Shown here piece after piece: positions 30,868 to 34,561 of a stretch of DNA of 34,561 nt; the stretch's first letter is position 1; every line of letters begins with the position of its first letter. The notes under the pieces were generated by a model. It had not been told where the DNA came from and searched no databases. It was given only the letters and a program-made list of their open reading frames with translations. Origin of the DNA: Candidatus Planktophila sp. (GTDB lineage Bacteria; Actinomycetota; Actinomycetes; Nanopelagicales; Nanopelagicaceae); assembly GCA_964201135.1 (NCBI GenBank), contig CAXNDE010000001.1:1-34561 (forward strand), given 5' to 3'. Made by a program: the position numbers and the translations under genes.

Positions 30868-32172
30868 TTAGAGAACTGGCAAATATCTATCGAGCTCGTA
30901 AGCACTCACCTGGCGACTGTAATCAAGCCACTCGGCGCGCTTATTGCGCAATACATATTCAAATACATGCTCACCTAAGGTTTCACGCACTAGTGCGCTT
31001 TTCTCCATCTGCAGAATTGCCTCATTGAGATCAGTTGGAAGTGAGATTGGATCATTAGAATCACTCAAAACATAGTTCTCTTCAACTCCCTTTAACCCGG
31101 CAGCCAACATAACGGCATAGGCAAGGTATGGATTACATGCAGTGTCGGGTGATCTAAATTCAATGCGCGTTGAGTTCTCTTTGCCGGGCTTATACATCGG
31201 CAGACGCACAAGTGCTCCGCGATTGCTTGGGCCCCAGTTAATAACCGCTGGTGCCTCTCCCCCGCCATGTAGACGCTTATACGAGTTCACCCATTGATTA
31301 GTAATTGCGGTGATCTCTGGTGCGTGCTTAAGAATGCCAGCAATAAAGGAGCGACCGACCTTCGATAAGTTGAATTGCGCGTTGGCATCGTAGAAAGCAT
31401 TCTCTTCGCCTTTAAAGAGTGAGACGTGAGTGTGCATTCCACTACCTGGGTGATCAGTAAATGGCTTTGGCATAAAGGATGCGTGGAAGCCCTGATCCAT
31501 CGCAACTTCTTTGATGACATGGCGAAAGGTCATGATGTTATCGGCCGTTGTTAGCGCATCGGCATCGCGTAAATCGATCTCTTGCTGGCCAGGACCACCT
31601 TCGTGATGTGAGAACTCCACTGAGATTCCCATCGCTTCAAGCAGAGTGATTGCTTGACGTCTGAAATCATGACCAACAACGGCAGGAGTGTGATCAAAGT
31701 AGCCACCATGATCTACAGGTACTGGCGCAGCTCCGCTCTCTGGCATCGATTTAAATAAGAAGAACTCTATTTCTGGGTGGGTGTAACAGGTGTAACCCAT
31801 TGCTGCTGCTTTATCTAATGCGCGCCGCAAGACATTGCGCGGATCAGCCGGTGATGGGCGACCATCTGGCATTGTGATGTCGCAGAACATTCTCGCCGCA
31901 CCTGGTGCTTCAGTGCGCCATGGCAGAATTGAAAAAGTTGATGGATCTGGTTTTGCCAACATATCAGATTCGGTTACGCGGGCAAATCCTTCAATCGCCG
32001 AACCATCAAAGCCGATACCTTCATCGAATGCGTTTTCAAGCTCGGCAGGTGCGATTGCAACTGATTTTAAAAAGCCCAACACATCGGTGAACCATAAACG
32101 CACAAAACGAATATTGCGCTCTTCTATTGTGCGAAGAACGAACTCTTGCTGCTTGCTCATCTCTGGGGACAT
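30868..32172 (-). CDS. glnA: Type I glutamine synthetase family protein (actinobacterial GlnA2-like)
   Basis: FVRLWFTDVLGFLKS, FDGSAIEGF, HHEGGPGQQE, FMPKP...GSGMH, NSYKRL, RIEFRSPD..CNPYL. Confidence 0.92.
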   Translation of the reverse strand: MSPEMSKQQEFVLRTIEERNIRFVRLWFTDVLGFLKSVAIAPAELENAFDEGIGFDGSAIEGFARVTESDMLAKPDPSTFSILPWRTEAPGAARMFCDITMPDGRPSPADPRNVLRRALDKAAAMGYTCYTHPEIEFFLFKSMPESGAAPVPVDHGGYFDHTPAVVGHDFRRQAITLLEAMGISVEFSHHEGGPGQQEIDLRDADALTTADNIMTFRHVIKEVAMDQGFHASFMPKPFTDHPGSGMHTHVSLFKGEENAFYDANAQFNLSKVGRSFIAGILKHAPEITAITNQWVNSYKRLHGGGEAPAVINWGPSNRGALVRLPMYKPGKENSTRIEFRSPDTACNPYLAYAVMLAAGLKGVEENYVLSDSNDPISLPTDLNEAILQMEKSALVRETLGEHVFEYVLRNKRAEWLDYSRQVSAYELDRYLPVL

Positions 32173-32217
32173 GTGCAGGATTCTTGCAAAGATAGATTAC
32201 AGCCGTGTTAACTGCCG

Positions 32218-32730
32218 CTAGATAACGAAGAATTCAGCGCTATCGAGCATGCTGCGTGGAGGTAAATCCTTAGTAATCACAGCGTTAGCGCTGATGCGCG
32301 AACCCTCGCCCACGGTCACATTTCCGAGCACGCGCGCACCAGCGCCAATAGTTACGTTGTTCTGGATAGTCGGATGGCGCTTGCCCACTTCAATGCCACG
32401 AGCCCCCAAAGTCACATCGTGATACAGCATGACATCATCACCAATAACGGCAGTTGCTCCAATTACAACGCCCATGCCATGATCGATAAAGAAGCGCCGT
32501 CCAATAATCGCTGCTGGATGGATGTCGATACCGGTAGCGGTGCGAACCCAGTTAGCATAAATGCGAGCGGCAAGTTTTAACTTAACGCGCCATAGAAAAT
32601 TAGCGATGCGATAACCCCATAAGGCATGCAGACCTGGATATGCCAGAAAGACCTCGATGCGATTTCTGGCCGCTGGATCTTTTACCAGTGCGTTATCGAG
32701 ATCTTCTTTCATGCGATTAAGGAGTGACAT
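32218..32730 (-). CDS. cysE: Serine O-acetyltransferase
   Basis: [39 protein letters not shown]. Confidence 0.95.
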   Translation of the reverse strand: MSLLNRMKEDLDNALVKDPAARNRIEVFLAYPGLHALWGYRIANFLWRVKLKLAARIYANWVRTATGIDIHPAAIIGRRFFIDHGMGVVIGATAVIGDDVMLYHDVTLGARGIEVGKRHPTIQNNVTIGAGARVLGNVTVGEGSRISANAVITKDLPPRSMLDSAEFFVI

Positions 32731-33657
32731 TTATTCAGCTAAATCCTGATACAAAATTGTTGAAAGATAACGTTCGCCAGCTGAGGCAAGAATGACAGCT
32801 ATATTCTTACCGGCAAACTCTGGGCGCTTAGCAACTTCAGTGGCTGCCCACAGCGTTGCACCCGATGATATTCCAGCCAAAATTCCCTCTTCAGCTGCCG
32901 CTCTGCGTGCATACTTCATCGCATCATCTGCAGTTGCATCCAATATCTCGTCATAGACGCTGCGATCCAAAATATTTGGAACGAAGTTTGGCCCAATGCC
33001 TTGAATTGGGTGTGGCCCTGGAGCTCCACCATTGAGAATAGGTGAAGCCGCTGGCTCGACACCAAAGATTTTAATGGCAGGGTTTTTCTCTTTTAAGAAT
33101 CTACCAGCACCTGTAATCGTTCCACCAGTACCAATTCCAGAGACGAAGGCATCGACTTTGCCATCTAGGTCACGCCAAATTTCGGCTCCAGTTGTTGCAT
33201 AGTGAATGGCTGGGCCAGCCTCATTTTCAAACTGTCGAACCAAGACTGCTCCGGACTCGCCAAGCTTTTCAGCTTCAGCAACTGCGCCTTTCATGCCATC
33301 TGCCCCTGGTGTTAAAACAAGCTCAGCCCCGAAGGCGCGTATGAGTTTGCGACGCTCTTTTGAAACCGACTCTGGCATTGTAAAAATCGACTTATATCCT
33401 CGGGCCGCGGCCACCATCGCTACGGCAATACCAGTATTACCTGATGTAGCCTCAACGATTGTTCCACCCGGCTTAAGTGCACCGCTCTTTTCGGCGGCAT
33501 CAATCATTGCTATCGCTAAACGATCTTTAACCGATGATGTTGGGTTATAGAACTCTAACTTTGCATAGATATGTCCCTGTGCGCCATCACCTAACTTATT
33601 AATGCGAACGAGTGGGGTATTTCCAAAAGCCTCTGTAATACTGTTATAAATTCTCAT
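32731..33657 (-). CDS. cysK: Cysteine synthase A
   Basis: GNTPLVR, NPTSSVKDR PLP lysine, ATSGNTG, GIGTGGT, IQGIG, SAGERYLST; SD AAGGGAG. Confidence 0.96.
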   Translation of the reverse strand: MRIYNSITEAFGNTPLVRINKLGDGAQGHIYAKLEFYNPTSSVKDRLAIAMIDAAEKSGALKPGGTIVEATSGNTGIAVAMVAAARGYKSIFTMPESVSKERRKLIRAFGAELVLTPGADGMKGAVAEAEKLGESGAVLVRQFENEAGPAIHYATTGAEIWRDLDGKVDAFVSGIGTGGTITGAGRFLKEKNPAIKIFGVEPAASPILNGGAPGPHPIQGIGPNFVPNILDRSVYDEILDATADDAMKYARRAAAEEGILAGISSGATLWAATEVAKRPEFAGKNIAVILASAGERYLSTILYQDLAE

Positions 33658-33711
33658 AATTCTCCCTTGAAATAGTTAATAAAAACTGCAGGACTTAGAG
33701 TGAATAAAAAA

Positions 33712-33789
33712 TCAGCAGCTGCAAGAAGTAGACAGGCAGAAATCAACTATCCGGTTGCGTGTGAAAAACCAGGTGATAATCGACTGCAT
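33712..33789 (-). CDS. Cys-rich leaderless leader peptide MQSIITWFFTRNRIVDFCLSTSCSC (putative cysteine attenuator)
   Basis: Hand-translated 25 codons plus TGA; three TGC codons in the last eight; TAAACT -10 7 nt before ATG; ends 54 nt upstream of cysK. Confidence 0.85.
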   Translation of the reverse strand: MQSIITWFFTRNRIVDFCLSTSCSC

Positions 33790-33844
33790 GGGGTGAAGTT
33801 TACCGACAATCCCAATTTAAGCCACTTGCGAATGATTTGCAGAG

Positions 33845-34561
33845 TTAGCTCTGGCTCCAGCGTGAGGTCATCGGCAATCTGCGATCTTTTCCAAAGGCAC
33901 GCGATGAAACTTTTGTGCCAGGTGGATACTGGCGGCGCTTGTATTCGGCCCTATCGACCATCCCTATCACGCGGGTAATAAGGAGTGGATCAAAGCCATC
34001 TTTAATTAAAGCCTCGTAGCCGTGATCTTCATCGACATACAAACGCAGTACGTGATCGAGCAGTGCGTAATCAGGCAGTGAGTCACTATCTCTTTGATCT
34101 GGGCGAAGTTCGGCGCTTGGCTCTTTAGTAATGGAGCGCTCTGGAATCGGTGGAGTTAATCCAGCCGACCGGGCTTGGGCATTTCGCCATCTAGCCAGGG
34201 CCCAGACATCGGTTTTGTAAATATCTTTAATGGGCGCAAAGCCGCCCACGGCATCGCCATAGAGTGTTGAGTATCCAACGGCGAGCTCGCTCTTATTGCC
34301 CGTTGCTAAAACAATATGGCCCTCGGCATTAGAGATTGCCATCAAAGTAGTGCCACGCACGCGGGCCTGCAGATTTTCTTCGGCTAAACCAGTCAAATCA
34401 AGGTTGGACATAAAGGCATCAACCATTGGGGCAATCGAGACAGTACGAAAATTAATACCTGTCGCATCGGCTAGCCCTTGGGCATCTTCTAGCGAATGCC
34501 CTGATGAGTATTTACTCGGCATAGCAACACCATAAACATTCTTAGCCCCCACGGCATCGAT
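33845..34561 (-). CDS. nadE: NAD+ synthetase, C-terminal part (5' end beyond window; probably glutamine-dependent)
   Basis: MPSKYSS, ENLQARVRG, TGNKSE..VGYSTLYGD, PSAELRPDQ.D.DSLP.Y, EYKRRQ. Confidence 0.94.
   Translation of the reverse strand: MDAVGAKNVYGVAMPSKYSSGHSLEDAQGLADATGINFRTVSIAPMVDAFMSNLDLTGLAEENLQARVRGTTLMAISNAEGHIVLATGNKSELAVGYSTLYGDAVGGFAPIKDIYKTDVWALARWRNAQARSAGLTPPIPERSITKEPSAELRPDQRDSDSLPDYALLDHVLRLYVDEDHGYEALIKDGFDPLLITRVIGMVDRAEYKRRQYPPGTKVSSRAFGKDRRLPMTSRWSQS

Noticed and set aside
33700-33978. 92-aa plus-strand ORF
   Set aside because: Antisense to the nadE end and the Cys leader peptide; no recognisable motif

Overview
A compact, streamlined actinobacterial chromosome segment. 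The gene set, tiny intergenic spaces and leaderless promoters resemble freshwater acI/Nanopelagicales (inferred, not searched). Left to right: a heterodimeric lycopene cyclase pair; a CAT-anticodon tRNA (4859-4935) flanked on BOTH sides by integrase-less cargo islets; a NarL-type regulator, a small DnaA-N/DnaX-C-like protein and a secreted GH25 muramidase; glpD/glpK; GH36 alpha-galactosidase with galT-galE-galK; an ACT protein; a DoxX-Rieske fusion; tRNA-Asn; then core genes (dnaG, dgt, YdcF-like, dusB, glyQS, ZIP-zur with a perfect Zur box, uppS, recO, leuA, glnA, cysE, cysK, partial nadE). The left islet carries a polyamine-type ABC transporter and is bounded by a perfect 24-bp copy of the tRNA 5' end. 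The right islet carries hicA/hicB-like, AKR and SDR genes and is bounded by a decayed 47-bp copy of the tRNA 3' half. Most notable features missing from the ORF track: a leaderless 25-aa Cys-rich leader peptide before cysK-cysE, the two-sided tRNA integration scars with CpG-focused decay, an internal twin-arginine motif in the DoxX-Rieske protein, and a candidate bidirectional -10 element in a 20-bp spacer.
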